A stretch of DNA of 64,000 nucleotides, from contig JBHGNT010000022.1 in the NCBI GenBank assembly GCA_043228905.1, positions 5,208,001-5,272,000 on the forward strand. Reading direction: 5' to 3'. This stretch comes from Azolla caroliniana. Its lineage: Eukaryota; Plantae; Polypodiophyta. The notes under the pieces are model-generated. The model had not been told where the DNA came from, did no database searches, and saw only the letters and a list, made by a program, of their open reading frames with translations. Position 1 is the first letter of the stretch, and each line of letters begins with the position of its first letter. Below, one piece after another: positions 51,142 through 64,000 of this stretch. Both the position numbers and the translations under genes were made by a program.

Positions 51142-54122
51142 TAGCTATGAGCACTCTCTGTTGTAACTATTGCCTGGCGAAGATTGAGAGCACGAGATCG
51201 TTGCCTCTGTGCCTCCACCTTGTATTTTCCTCTCTTCATAGTGATAGTTCAGAGTCTGTGGGCTCCCGTGGTTTTTCCCTCTTAGGGTTTTCCACGTAAA
51301 CATCATGTGTCATATTTCTGTGTACTCTCCTCCTTTCCCATCTCTGTGTTCAACACTCGGTTGTGGCCGAGTGATATTCCGCGTATTTCTCATCAAATGG
51401 TATCATCGACATGAGCCTGTACAACAACTTCAATGAAGAGAGCAAGGCTCATGAACTCTGGGAGAAGATCGGCATCATGTTCCAGAACAAGAATGTTGTT
51501 AATCGGGTTTCGGTATTTCGGAAGCTAGTGAGGCTCCGGTACCAAGACGGCTTCCGTATGGTAGAGCACATGAATGCCTTCCAGGGGCTGATACACCAAG
51601 AAACCTCGTTGGAAGTACCTCTTGCCGATGACGTACTCACATTGCTCCTGCTCAGTTCCCTCCCAAATAGCTGGGAGACGTTAGTTGTCACGTTGGGCAA
51701 TGCTGGTCTGGAAGGAAAACAACTATCCCTAGCAAGAGTCAAGTCGAGCTTGCTAGATGAGGAGGTGTGTCGGAAAGACAAGGAGGTGATCTTCGACGCC
51801 AAAGCCCTCCTTACCGAATCGGAATGCGGAAGACAAAGGAATCGGAGTCCCCAGAACCGGGAAAAGTCGGGGACACAGTCAAAGTCAAGGGGGAGGCCCA
51901 CTTGCTTCTATTGCGGCAAGCCGGGGCACTTCCAAAAGAACTGTCAGCATTTCCGCAAAGACAAGGGAACCGACAGTACCGATTCTAAGAAGTCACCAAA
52001 TCGGCGAGGCCCGGACTGGAAGGGACTGACGGCGATTTCGGCAAGTGAAGAAGAACTAATGCTCATCACCGAGGAGAGTGAGTTGAACCTTGCCGTTGAC
52101 GAGACAAGGTGGGTTGTCGATTCCGGAGCGTCGTTCCACCTTACCCCGGACTGGAAATGCTTCTCATCCTACACAGCCGGTGAGCACGGATATGTCCGGA
52201 TGGGGAATGAAGGGACATGCCGAATTATCGGCATAGGAGATGTGTTGTTGACGACATCAACCGGATGCAAGCTACCGCTGAAGGATGTTCGACACGTACC
52301 GGAGGTTCTACTGAACCTGATATTAGCCGGTCAACTAGATGATGAAGGCTACACAGTTAGCATCCAGAACGGTGTCATGAAGTTCTGTAAAGGGAGCTAA
52401 TAGTGGCTCGAGCCCGGAAGGTCAACACACTATACTTGATGAATGCCCGGATATCCCGGGAAGAAATGAACGTAGCATCCGACATTGCCGGTGAGTTGTG
52501 GCACAAAAGACTATGTCACATGAATGAGAAGGGGATAAAGAGGCTTGTCGAAGACAACCTCATTCCGGTGAAGGATGTGCAACTTGAGAAGTGCACCGAC
52601 TGCCTCGCCGGCAGGCAAAACCGCACCTCCTTCCGGTCAAAACCACCGATGAGACGGAATGCACCATTGGAGCTGGTACATACCGATGTGTGTCAAGTCG
52701 ACACGAAGTCACATGCTGGATCGCAGTACTTCATGACGTTCATAGACGAGCACAACCGGAAGCTATGGGTCTTACCATTGAAGACGAAGGACCAAGTGTT
52801 ATCCGTCTTCAAGGAGCTCCACGCGAGAGTGGAAAGAGAAATCGGTCGGAAGGAGAAGGCGGTTCGAGCAAATAACAGAGGAGAATACCGGGCAGTTCGA
52901 GGAATATAGCCGGTCGAAGGGAATCCGACTCGAATTTACCGTGTCAAAGACGCTAGAACTAAACGGGCTGGCCAAAAGGATTAACTTAACCATAATGGAG
53001 AGAGTCTGGAGCATGCTCACACATGCCAAGCTACCCAAGAAGTTTTGGGCTGATGCGCTAACGACGACGACTTATGTGATAAACAGATCACCCTCAGTAC
53101 CCTTGGACGGAGACTCACTGCGGAAAATATGGACCGGTAAGGATGTGTCTTACCGGCATTTGAAGGTGTTCGGGTGTCTCGCATACGTGCATGTAGTGAA
53201 GGACAAGAGAGCAAAGTTGTATCCGAAGTCCTGGCCATGCATATTCCTTGGATACGGCGATGATGAGTTCGGTTACCGGGTGTGGGATTTGGTCGACAGA
53301 AAGGTGTTCTGGAGTCGGGACATAGTCTTCATGGAAGACAAGACCATTGTCGACAGGGAGTCGGAGAAGAAGGTAAGGAACTCCGGATCATCCATCGAAA
53401 ACCGGCTTGAGGACAAAAGGATATACCCGGTTGAAAACCGAATGTTAGCCGGTAACCGGGTAACACTCGACGAACCGGCCGGATACGGATAGGAAACCGA
53501 ACCGATTGAAGAAGAAGAAGAAGAAGAAGACACCAGAACCAAACAAGATCCAGAATCAGATTCGGATGAAGAACGAATGGAGGAACCGGCAGTCAGAAAC
53601 CAACGACGGAGATATCCTCTCCGAGAGAGAAGAGCCCCCCCAAGATTTCTGGATGCAGAGCATGTGTTGCTAACCGATGAGGGGGAGCCGGAAAGCTTCG
53701 AAGAAGCAAAGAGAGACACCCACAACCCCAAGTGGTTGAGTGCCATGCAGGATGAGATGGATTCCCTGCATGAGAACCACACATATGAACTGACGGAGTT
53801 GCCGAAAGGGAAGAGAGCACTCCGGAACAAGTGGGTGTACAACCTGAAACTGGGAGACGCTGGAAATCCACCAAGGTATAAGGCTTGAATCGGATCCGAC
53901 TATGAATGAAGAAGACCCGCTGAGAACCGGAAGAGATCCGGAAACCAGATCGGTGGACCCGGTGAGAACTAGAAGTGAAGATAGATTTGTAAATATGTCT
54001 TGAGTCAGCCCATTGAAGCTATGTTTGTAAATAGCCTTAAGTTCATATAACTATAAATATGACTTAGGGCAATCACTTTATGTGTGAGAGTTTTTTTGTG
54101 CGTTGCATATTGTTGTAACTAT

Positions 54123-54177
<55 letters not shown>

Positions 54178-57100
54178 AGAGTAGCTATGAGCACTCTCTG
54201 TTGTAACTATTGCCTGGCGAAGATTGAGAGCACGAGATCGTTGCCTCTGTGCCTCCACCTTGTATTTTCCTCTCTTCATAGTGATAGTTCAGAGTCTGTG
54301 GGCTCCCGTGGTTTTTCCCTCTTAGGGTTTTCCACGTAAACATCATGTGTCATATTTCTGTGTACTCTCCTCCTTTCCCATCTCTGTGTTCAACACTCGG
54401 TTGTAGCCGAGCGATATTCTGTGTATTTCTCATCAAAAGGTACAATCAAAAACTCAGAGGCAACTACCTCGAGCTCTATATCTTCGCCAGCCGACGGTTA
54501 CAACAGAGTATTTCACTTTATCTCACACATTCTCTCTCCGTCACTCTCTCTGTACAACAATATGAGAACAACAACAACTATAACTGTCCAAAGTGATTGC
54601 CCTAAGTCATATTTATACTTATATGAACTTAGGGTTATTTACAAATATAGCCTCAATACGCTTACTCAAAACGTATTTACAGATATGTCTTCTCTTCCGG
54701 TTCTCACCGGGTCCTCTTCATTCATCACCGGATCCCATCCGGAGGAACCAATTTCCCAACAATCTCCCCCTTCACTCGGGCATGGGATGTCTTGTTAGCC
54801 TGATCCGCTTTCCACACACGACCAACTTGTCAGTTGTCAAGACCTTGGTCAACATTTCCGTCCTGTTCTCCTCTGAGTGGATCTTCATCAGCACGAACTC
54901 TTGATCTTCTACTCTCTCCCAGATCCAGTGGTACCTCCGCTGGATATGTTTCGTCCAAGAATGGTAGGCCGCGTTCTTTGCAAGGTGGATGACACTTTGA
55001 CAGTCGTAGTAGAGCCGGTATTCCTCCTGTTGGATTCCTAGCTCTCCGATGAAGTCCTTCATCCAAATTATCTCCTTACGGGCTTCTATAGCTACCATGT
55101 ACTCCACCCCGTGGTTAACAACGTAACCGTCTTCTTCAGCCTTGACTCCCATGAAACAGCTCCCCTTGCATAAGACATGACATATCCGGATGTAGACCGG
55201 CTGGTATCCACATCAGCCGACATATCCAAATCGTTAATCCATCAAGTTGGGGATTACCGGAGGCACATACTCGAGGTGCCTTTCAGATATTGGAGTATCC
55301 ACTTGACTGCGTTCCAATGTTGTCTTTCGGGATTGCTCATGAACCAGCTTACCACTCCAACTGCATATCCGATATCCATCCGGGTACATACCATCGTGTA
55401 CATCAAGCTTCCGACGGCACATGCATATGGTATCTTCATCATATCCGTCTTCTCCGCCTTTGTCCTTGGGCTTTGTTTTCCGGATAACTTGTAGTTTGCC
55501 GGAAGTGTTGATCCGACCGATTTCGTCTCCGACATGTTGAACCGTTCAAGCACCTTTGTCACGTACTTCTCCTGGGATAACCACAACAACTTCTTCGATT
55601 GGTCCTAGATGATGTGCATTCCCAATATATGTCTTGCCGCTCCCAAGTCTTTCATTGAGAAGGTTCAGTTCAGGGCCTTCTTCAGCATCCGAATCTTGCC
55701 ATAGTCTCGTCTGACGATCTGCATATTATCCACATACAGGAGGAGTATCAGGAAATCTCCTCCGTCAAATTTCTTCACAAACACACAGTGATCGGCTTGT
55801 ATTTTGTGTTACCCTTGGTCAGTCATGAAGGAGTCGAACTTCCGGTACCATTGTCAGGGAGCTTGCTTCAGTCCGTATAAGCTCTACTTCAGTCGGCACA
55901 CCAGGTGCTCCTTCCCTTTCTTCTCAAATCCTTCCAGTTGATACATGTAGATCTCTTCTTCGAGGTCACCATGTAGGAATGCCATCTTGACGTCCAGTTG
56001 CTCTACCTCGAGGTCCATGCTTGCTGCTATGCCCAATACCGTCCGGATGGATGTCATCTTTACTATCGGGGCAAAGATCTCATCGAAGTCCAATCCTTTC
56101 TTCTGCTGGAAGCCCTTCACCATGATTCGGGTTTTGTACCTTGGTGGATTTCCGACGTCTCTCGGTTTCAGCTTGTACACCCACTTGTGCTGGAATGCTC
56201 TCTGCCCTTTCGGCAACTCTGTCAGTTCATACGTGTGGTTCTCATGCCGGGAATCCATCTCGTCTTGCATGGCAGTCGACCACTTGCAGTTGTGGGTGTC
56301 TCTCTTTGCTTCTTCAAAGCTTTTTGTCTCCCCCTCATCGGTTAGCAACACATGATCTGCATCCGAAAATCTCCGGGGGGCTCTTCTCTCCTTGAGAGGA
56401 TATCTCCATCCCTAGTTTTTGACTACCAATTCCTCCATCTGTTCCGAATCTGAATCCGATACGGGATCTTGTCCAGTTCCGAAGTCTTCTTCTTCTTCTT
56501 CGTCGTCGGTCGGTTCGGTTTCCTATCCGTATCCAGCCGATTCGTCGAGTGTCATCAAGTTACCGGCTAACATCCGGTTTTCAATCGGGTAGGTCCTTGT
56601 GTCCTCAGGCTGGTTTTCATTGGATGATCCGGAGTTGGTCATCTTCTTCTCCGACTCCCAGTCAGAAATGGTCCTATCTTCCATGAAGACTATGTCTCGA
56701 CTCCAAAACACCTTCTTGTGAACCAAATCCCACACCCGGTAACCGAACTCATCATCACCGTATCCAAGGAATATGCATGGTTGGGACTTCGGATCGAACT
56801 TTGCTCTCTTGTCCTTCGCCACATGCATGTATGCGAGACACCCGAACACCTTCAGATACCGGTAAGATACATCTTTACCGGTCCATACTTTGTAAGCTGA
56901 GTCTCCTCCCAAGGTAACCTCCGGAACGTGTCAGACATCCTTCAGTAGCACCTTGCATCCGGTTGATGTCGTCAACAACACATCTCCTATGCCAACAATT
57001 CGGAATGTGCCTTCATTCCCCATCCGGACACAACCATGATCTCCGGTTGTGTAGGATGAGAAGCATCTCTGGTCTAGTGTGAGGTAGAACGACGCTTTGG

Positions 57101-57448
57101 AATCGACAACCCATGTTGTCTCGTCGTTGACAAGGTTTAACTCATTCTCTTCGGTAATGAGCATCAGTTATTCTTCACTTGTTGCGATCGCCAATAGTTC
57201 TTCTGGAAGTGCCATGCTTCCCATAGTAGAAGCAAGTAGGCCTTCCCCTTTATTTTGACCTCATCCCCGACTTGTCCCAGTTTTGGGGACTCCGATACCG
57301 GCCTCTTCCCCGGTTGTGGTCATCTTCCGTGACCAAGGCCTTCAGATCGGTTCCGGACTCTCGGTCCTTCCGGAGAGCTTCTTCATCTAGAAAGCTTGAT
57401 TTTACCCTTGCTAGGGACAACAACTTTCCTTCTGGTCCGGCGTTGCCC
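50657..57448 (-). mobile_element. Copia J (B/K family), internally deleted; its 3' LTR (50657-50843 plus 54441-54761) is split by K
   Basis: LTR halves are reverse-complement homologues of the K LTR. PPT at 54762. RH, RT, partial IN, PR and gag remnants run 54772-57448. Confidence 0.88.
50844..54435 (+). mobile_element. Copia K (B/J family), internally deleted, inserted antisense into the J LTR
   Basis: LTRs 50844-51395 and ~53890-54435. TSD AAAGG on both sides. The truncated PBS TGGTATCA is fused to gag. Gag-PR ORF 51411-52400 and integrase are present; RT is deleted after RYKA. Confidence 0.93.
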
Positions 57449-60326
57449 CTTTCACATTCTGGTCTTTAACTCCTTTCCCAGCCGGGTAACACATGGCACG
57501 CCCGTGGGACAGTACCTTGTACGTCGAATCTCACTATCCGGCCCTTAGCCTTCGTCCAAGATATCTAGAATACTCTGCTCCAGGGTGTCCATTGGTTCTT
57601 CGGGAATCTGTTGTTGTTGTTGTTGTTGTGGCTGTGGCTACTGTTGCTGCGTCTCCGGCTCCGCCGATTGTTGCTCCTTGGGTGGCGTCTGTTCGGCTCC
57701 TGGTACCGGCGGTTGTGGCGGTGATTCCTTCGTTAGCTGCTCTGCCAGATTTCACTCCGGTTGACTTTCCCCGGCCTTGTCCCCGTACGGTCCTTGCCCC
57801 GGCAATGGCTCCTCATCGCTGAGGTTGACGGTCGCCACCTGCCTTGCTTCTTCTTGCTATAGCCTAGTCTGCTCATAACTTTCAAACTGGATTTGAGCAT
57901 CCAGTCGATCATTGTCCAGTTGTGCTACCAGCTGCTGGACCACTGCTAACTGTTCCTCCGCTAGAGTTACAAAGTCTTCTGCTAACTCATCTCTTATGCC
58001 AATGAAGTCCTCCTTTGTTAGCATGTAGCAATCGTCGCCATCCTCCTGCCGGTTTTCCGCGTCCGCGCTTAGCAACTGGAGCTTGGCTGTGTGCTTTGCC
58101 CATTTGTCCCACCATTGCGCGAAGCTTTCGTCAATCAAGCGTTTTGTCTTGTTCCTCCATGCCTAGACAATGAACTGGATTCGCTCAAATCCCATCTTCG
58201 ATTTGTACTCCGCGGCTTGCCGTTCTTCCTTCAATTGCTTGATCAGCGTCCTGCTCCCAGTAATGTGACAATTGGTTTTGGTAGGCGTTCTGCAACCTTT
58301 GCAATACCATTGTCGCTCTTTCCTTTTCTTCATAATGCTGCTTATGGAGCTCCATACGTTCCTGCGCGGCTTCCTCTAGTAGCGTTGTTCTTTCAGCCCG
58401 TTCTTCAGCTAGCGCTGTCTCGGCTCAATGAACTTCCTGCTGGAGCTTTGCAATCTTCTCTTGCTGCTTCTTATGCTCCATATCCAGGTGCTTATAGTCC
58501 CGGTGCAGGTGCTCAAAGTAATCGGTCTTCTACTTCAGCTTCTGGTTGAGTTGCCGACGAGCGCGGTCTTCCCAATCTTTCTGTTGACGGAGTTCTTCTT
58601 TAAGTCTTTCAATCTCTGTTTCCGCCATCCGTCGCAGCTTATCCTTTTCTTGTAGCACTTTCTCCTTGTCCTCCTTAAGCCGGTCATATGACTGATGTCC
58701 TTTCCTCGGATTCTCTTCTGCTCGGCGGAGGTTCTCAGCAGTCTTTCTTTGTTCTTCTTCTGCTGCTTTCTTCAAGTCCCTTCTCGGGTTTGTAATGCTT
58801 CTTGTGTGGCCAGTTCATCTTTCAATTCGGCAAGCTCTTTTGCTTGCGCCGCCACTGTCTCCGAGACTGGTTCCATCTCTGGGTCTTATTAATATGTATA
58901 GGTGCTGGTGTGTCTTTATTCTGTACATCTACCGGAGTCACCGGTGCTTGGATCTGTGGTTCGGTTAAGGCCATTTTGGCCAATTCTTCTGTGGCTAGGT
59001 CCAAGTCTTGTTCTAGGCTCCGGATCCTTGACCGGGCCGTCTCTAGTTCTCCGGTTGTAACTAGCAACCGGTCCATCTGCGCTTTCTCTTCCTCCTCTAT
59101 GTAGTGAACCACTCCGGCAATCTGTTCTCCAATCCACCAGAGCCATTGGCTGCCGGTACCCTGTTGTTGCGTCTGCACGGAGGGTTGGCTGTTGGTTCCG
59201 CTAGCCAGTGCTCAGTCTTGTCCGGTTGCGTCGAGCTACAACTCTGTCTCTGGTTGGTGACCACTTTGCCGTTCTGGTTCCTGTTGCACGTCCGTTGGCC
59301 GCTTCGCCTCTGATTGCGCTTGACTTACCAGTGTAGGAGGCAATTGTACTGCCTGTGCTTGAATTTTGGGTCTTGCCGTATCCTGACCCGCCGGTATAGC
59401 TTGTTGTGCAGGGAGCTCTATGATCGGTTCTGTTCGAACCGGTTCCAGTTCCACCCTTGGTGCGGGGTACTCAGTGCGGGGTAGAGGTGTTCCATCCTTC
59501 TTTGGGTCCGAACACTCCCTAGCCTGTTCAGCGGTGCTTGCCTTCTGGCGCCATTGGAGGTGCTCTAACGGTTCCTCCTCCGCTTCCTCCTCCTGAGTCC
59601 CGATGTTGATTTTTGCTGCCAAGGGGTCCGGCTCTTGTTGAACCGGTTGGTGAAATATGATCTTGATTGGCCGTGCCGGTGTCTCCTCCCGCGTTTCCTC
59701 TTGCTGCTTCCTATTGGGGCGCTCTTTTGTCGCCTTTTCCGTGTCGGCCGCCTTCCCTTTGGGTGCCTTAGAGGCCAATAGCTGTTGTCGTTTCGAAGCC
59801 GTTTTCGAGGTGCCTTCGGTCGTTCTCCCCCGCTTCATGGTCTTGGCAGGCTCGATAGGTGGCACCAATAGGGTGAGCCATTGCGCCATTGCAGTCCATA
59901 TTTTTCGACCCTCCTTGCCTCTTACAAAGTCGATGGCCGCTCAGAGGCCGTCTGTAATCAGTATCGGCCAGTCCACCTTCATGCTTTCATACGTTGCTAT
60001 GATTAAGCCGGCTCGGTTATGAGGCATGCATGGGGGTCGAGGGTATACATGTCCAAATTTATGGAGCACATGAGCAATCTCTCGAAATAATGTATCTTCG
60101 CTGCCCTGTGTCTTGTAAGCCTTACTGGCCAGAGAGTATTCGCCAAAATATTTTCGGAGCTACTCCGGAGTAGGGTTGTCAATAGTGAAGATGCCTCCCT
60201 TTGGAAGGCCAATCAAAGCATGGATGGCCTCCTCCATGATCAGTTCTGTGTCGATTTCTTTTACTATCTTCTCCGCCTCCCGGTGCGGTGTCGCCTCCAT
60301 GATCGTGAGGAACCCTTCTAACCCGT
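57449..60326 (-). mobile_element. Gypsy G3: LTR remnant 57449-57493, inverted PBS 57494-57510, extra ORF 57545-60326
   Basis: Colinear homology with 42686-45520; the ORF ends QSILDILDEG*. Confidence 0.85.
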
Positions 60327-60389
60327 TGTCGAGGTATTCCTCGCGGATGCGTGGAGTGAGGCGGGACCTCGGGGGTCCTATACCGAAGA

Positions 60390-60433
<44 letters not shown>

Positions 60434-63400
60434 CACTACGTGCGAGCGTAGATTCACAGGGACACGGCCCTTCGACGCAAAGACGCAAGTGGGACAGCGA
60501 CACAGAAAGACACGAAAGTATGTATGTATTGACAAGACAAACAACAAGAACACGAAGACTACAAAACACGAAGTCGGTTACAACCGAACAGGCCGGCGAA
60601 CAGATGCCGATACCTGTTCGTAAACGCACAGAGGGGAATGAGTAGGTTGGAGGTGCTGCCGGAAGCACTCGGGCATTCCTCAGAGTAGCGCGGGCCTCCC
60701 GAAACCTGCACAGAAGGAAGCTATGGCGTTTGCAACCAGAAAGAGAGAGAGAGAGAGAAGCCTTCGCACGCAAACCGACAGCACTTCGTCCTCGACTCAC
60801 CGCGATCCCCTTACTCTCCTCGTCTCCCTCCTTTTTTAGGCAAGGAAGGAGCCGTTTCCCCTTTACTCCCTACCTACCGAATCTACCTAGGATCTCCTAT
60901 GTACAACTTAAGGCGCACGTGCATGAAGAGTCGGTTTCTACGCTCCGGTACACCGATTCCGCTTGTGGACGGTTTTCTTCACGACATCCGCCCCCACCTA
61001 ACCGCGCATCCACCGGCATGCGCCAAATTGTGTTGGGACGGAGAAAACCGGTCCAGCCTTCATTCCCCGCCCGTCGGTTCTTCCCCGGTTTCGGATCGCT
61101 CGTCGTCGCGGTCCAAGTCAACCTGATCCGGCTCGTCGTCGTGACGCTTCTTGAACGTCTTGATCCGCTTCCCAGCTACCGGTATCGTCATTCTCGTACC
61201 GTCGAGTTCCGCCAGATGGTACGTCCCGTTGTCGTTGGCGCTTTGTACCACGTAAGGCCCGAACCACCTTCTTGCGAACTTCCGTGTCGCTCAGTGCTGG
61301 TTGTCGAGGCCGTTGTCGTAGACTAGCACCCAGTCGCCTTCCTCGATCTTCTTCGGTCGGAGCCAGTGTGTTCGGTCGAACCGGGCTTTGTTCCTCATCC
61401 TTGCTTCCCGAAGCTTTCCCGCAGCCTGCTCCACGTCCTCCGGTCTCCGCTCGAGTTGTCGTATGCGCGCCGTCAGCAGTTCCTCCCGGCTCATCTCGTC
61501 TCTCCAGTCCACGGTTGCCCATGAGGAGACCGTACGTTCGATCGGCATGATCGGCTTCTGCCCAAACATGAGCTCTGCCGGCATGAATCCGGTTACTGAA
61601 CTGTGCGTAGTCCGGTCAGCCCACAACGCGTAAGGCAGTAGCCGCGGCCAGTTCCCAACTCGACCTCCGCATGCCCGAACTAACGCCTTGACGATCGGTC
61701 CGTGTCCGCGCTCCACCTTTCCATTCGCCTCCGGATTGTACGCAGTGGTAAGCGAGAGCTTGACTCCTAGCCGGTCGAACAGCTCCTCGGCCTCTTCGGC
61801 GTCCAACTCCCCGCGATCAGCCATGATCTTCCCGACGCACCCGTACCGGCATATTACGTCCTCGAGCAGGAACCGACATACGGCCGCAATTGTTTTGTTC
61901 TGAAGGGCCCGGCCTTCCACCTGGTTCGTTAGATCTTCCCGAGCCAGGACCAGATACCGCATCTGTCCTACTCCTATCGGCATCGTTACCAGGTCTACCA
62001 TCCATTTGAAGTGGATGGTCGGAGGGTACGTAGGGTGAAGTTCGTCCCGGTGTCGGACTATGGAGTGCATCTGACAGCTCTCGCAAGTTGTCACGAATCG
62101 ATGCACGTCCCGGTATAGTCCCGGCCACCAGTACTTCCCCTTTATCTTCTCGAACGTGGCCCAAGTTCCACGGTGTCCGGCCCAAGGGCTGTCGTGGTAG
62201 GCCGTCAGCAGCTCCTCCTGTTCTTCCTTCATCGCCACCACCCGGAGCGGAGCGCCGTCCCTCTTCTTCGGGTGCTTCCATAAGTATCCGTCCCGGAGAA
62301 AGAATCGGTAAGCTTTCTTCTGGATCCGGTTGGCCTCGTCCTTCGTCCATGACGCATCCGGCGTCATTGTCCTCAAGAATCCACCGATCTGGAGCCACTC
62401 GCCGTCGTACTTGCTCTCGTCGAAGTCGTTAAGTGCCGGAGTGCTCGTCCCATCGGTCGTCACGTTCGCCGCCTCGAAGAAGTCCACGCCGACTTCTTCG
62501 TCCTCTGAAACCATGCCGCCCTCGTCATCAAACCTCGCCCTCAAAAGCATGTCGGCCATGGCGTTGTCCTTTCCGGAAATGTGTCGTATCTCTGGGTCTA
62601 GGGACTTGATGTACGCTATCCACCTGAGCATCGCCAGGTCCGGTGTCGCGCATCCGGAAACCATGCCAAGAATCGGCAGGCAATCCGTCCCGATAATCAC
62701 TTCTGTCCCGATCAGGTAGTCTTTGTCCGCCTTTACTGCCGAAACGATACTCCAGAGTTCACGTTTAACCTGGGCGTACCCTCGCTGTCGCTCACTGAGG
62801 ACCTTAGCGCCGAATCGGATCGGGAACCGGGTGTCGTCCTCGTCTTCTTGGTTGACGACCCATCCGATCCCGGTCGGGCTCGTATCCACCGTTATGTATA
62901 CCGGGGTACCCTTCTCGTAGACAGCCTTCCGGAGCGCCGGAGCTGCCGCAAGAGCCTCCTTCAGCTTCCGGACCGACTGCGTGTGCTCGTCTCGCCACTC
63001 GAATTTTCGCCCTTTTTTCAGCAACCCGTATAGCGGCTCCGCAACGTGGGCGTAATGTGGGATCCATATGTGGTAGAATGCGCATGCCCCCAGGAACCTC
63101 CGAACTTCCGTAACCGAGCTACAGTCGGTCTTCATCACGGAGATGGCTTCTACCTTTGCCGGAGACGGCTTCCGGCCATATGGTCCACATAGATGCCCGA
63201 CCACCAGGATTTCTGATTGCCCGAAGGCCGATTTCTCCTCGGAGAAGGTGAGCCTAGCATCCTCTAGCCTTTGTAGCACCTTCTCGCAGTCGTCGATGTG
63301 TTTCTCCACGAATCGCCGGCATCCGTCCGGCCCGACTGTCTTGTCCTTCTCCTCCACCGGGCACCCCTTAATCGGGATGTCGTCCAGAAATGGCATGGTG

Positions 63401-64000
63401 ATGTCGGGGATGCAATCCCTCAGTACCTTGTTCATTGCATTTACCATGTGAGCCACCGAGTTAGTCCCTCCTTGTGGCAGGGTACACATTCGCACTAGGC
63501 CGAGGGGAGTTCGCATCGTCGTAATGTCTCTGCTCTCCACGGCTAGCTGGAACTGGTCGTACCCTGAGTACAGATCACCGACCGAGTAAATCGACCTTCC
63601 GGCAAAGGCCTCCGCAAACTCGTCTATGGTTGGTCTGATTCCTGCGTTTCGAATGGTCACTCTGTTGATCGGCTGCAGGTCTTGAATGAAGCGCAACGTT
63701 CCGTTTTTCTTCGGTACGGTAAACCATCGGTTCGAGTACGGGACACTCGACGGTTCAAGAATGCCCATATCTACTTTCTGCCTCAATAGCTCCATCAACT
63801 TCGGGATGTGAGCTCTCGGTACCGGAATCGGCTTGAGATTCCACGGCACATGCGGTACCGTGAATATCACCATCGGCTCCACGATCGTCGGGTCTACGCA
63901 CCTGATCTCTTCCGGTGAGAATGCGAAGGCTTTCCTGTGCCTTCCGAGCATCCTCCGAAACCGGTCTTCCTCCGCCGGCAGTAGGAACCCGCCCCCACCG
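60327..64000 (-). mobile_element. Gypsy D2 (D1 family): 3' LTR 60327-60986, PPT and pol; continues beyond the window
   Basis: LTR homologous to 12490-13093; TAGGTGGGGGCGGA PPT; inserted in the 5' part of the G3 extra ORF. Confidence 0.92.
61060..64000 (-). CDS. D2 pol (RT-RNase H-integrase), open for at least 886 codons, with one frameshift near the GPY motif
   Basis: DLYSGYDQF, LPQG, FLDD, VDTSPTGIGW, H..GH...CESCQ and YNPEANGKVER motifs. Confidence 0.93.

Noticed and set aside
54121-54172. (TA)n(GA)n expansion differing between the K LTRs
   Set aside because: Ordinary microsatellite slippage.
60730-61326. Many 60-220-aa ORFs antisense to or overlapping LTRs and pol (also 23520-24185 and 33130-33741)
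   Set aside because: Shadow ORFs of GC-rich TE sequence or microsatellite translations, with no motifs.

Overview
This window is essentially all nested, mostly decayed LTR retrotransposons from a plant genome; the element types suggest a non-seed plant such as a bryophyte, but that is inference. I found no host genes. About 18 elements or fragments can be resolved from TG...CA LTR ends, 5-bp TSDs, PBS/PPT motifs and gag-pol remnants. They comprise four Bryco-like Ty1/copia copies (A1-A3, C), several Tork/Tnt1-like copia copies (B, H, J, K, M, N), tRNA-Trp-primed Gypsy elements (D1, D2, E), a gag-PR-only Gypsy (F), a chromovirus-like Gypsy fragment (I), a non-coding element with an internal minisatellite (L), and a Gypsy family (G1-G3) with a ~930-codon extra ORF after integrase. 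The most unusual signal is in family G: where the polypurine tract should precede the 3' LTR there is instead a copy of a tRNA-Arg 3' end including CCA, i.e. an inverted PBS. This suggests tRNA-primed plus-strand synthesis. Other notable items are a tRNA-like Pol III promoter inside an LTR, a conserved hairpin enclosing the PPT/U3 junction in five copia copies, and a conserved charged C-terminal extension of Pol. All boundaries were read by eye, and lineage names are tentative.
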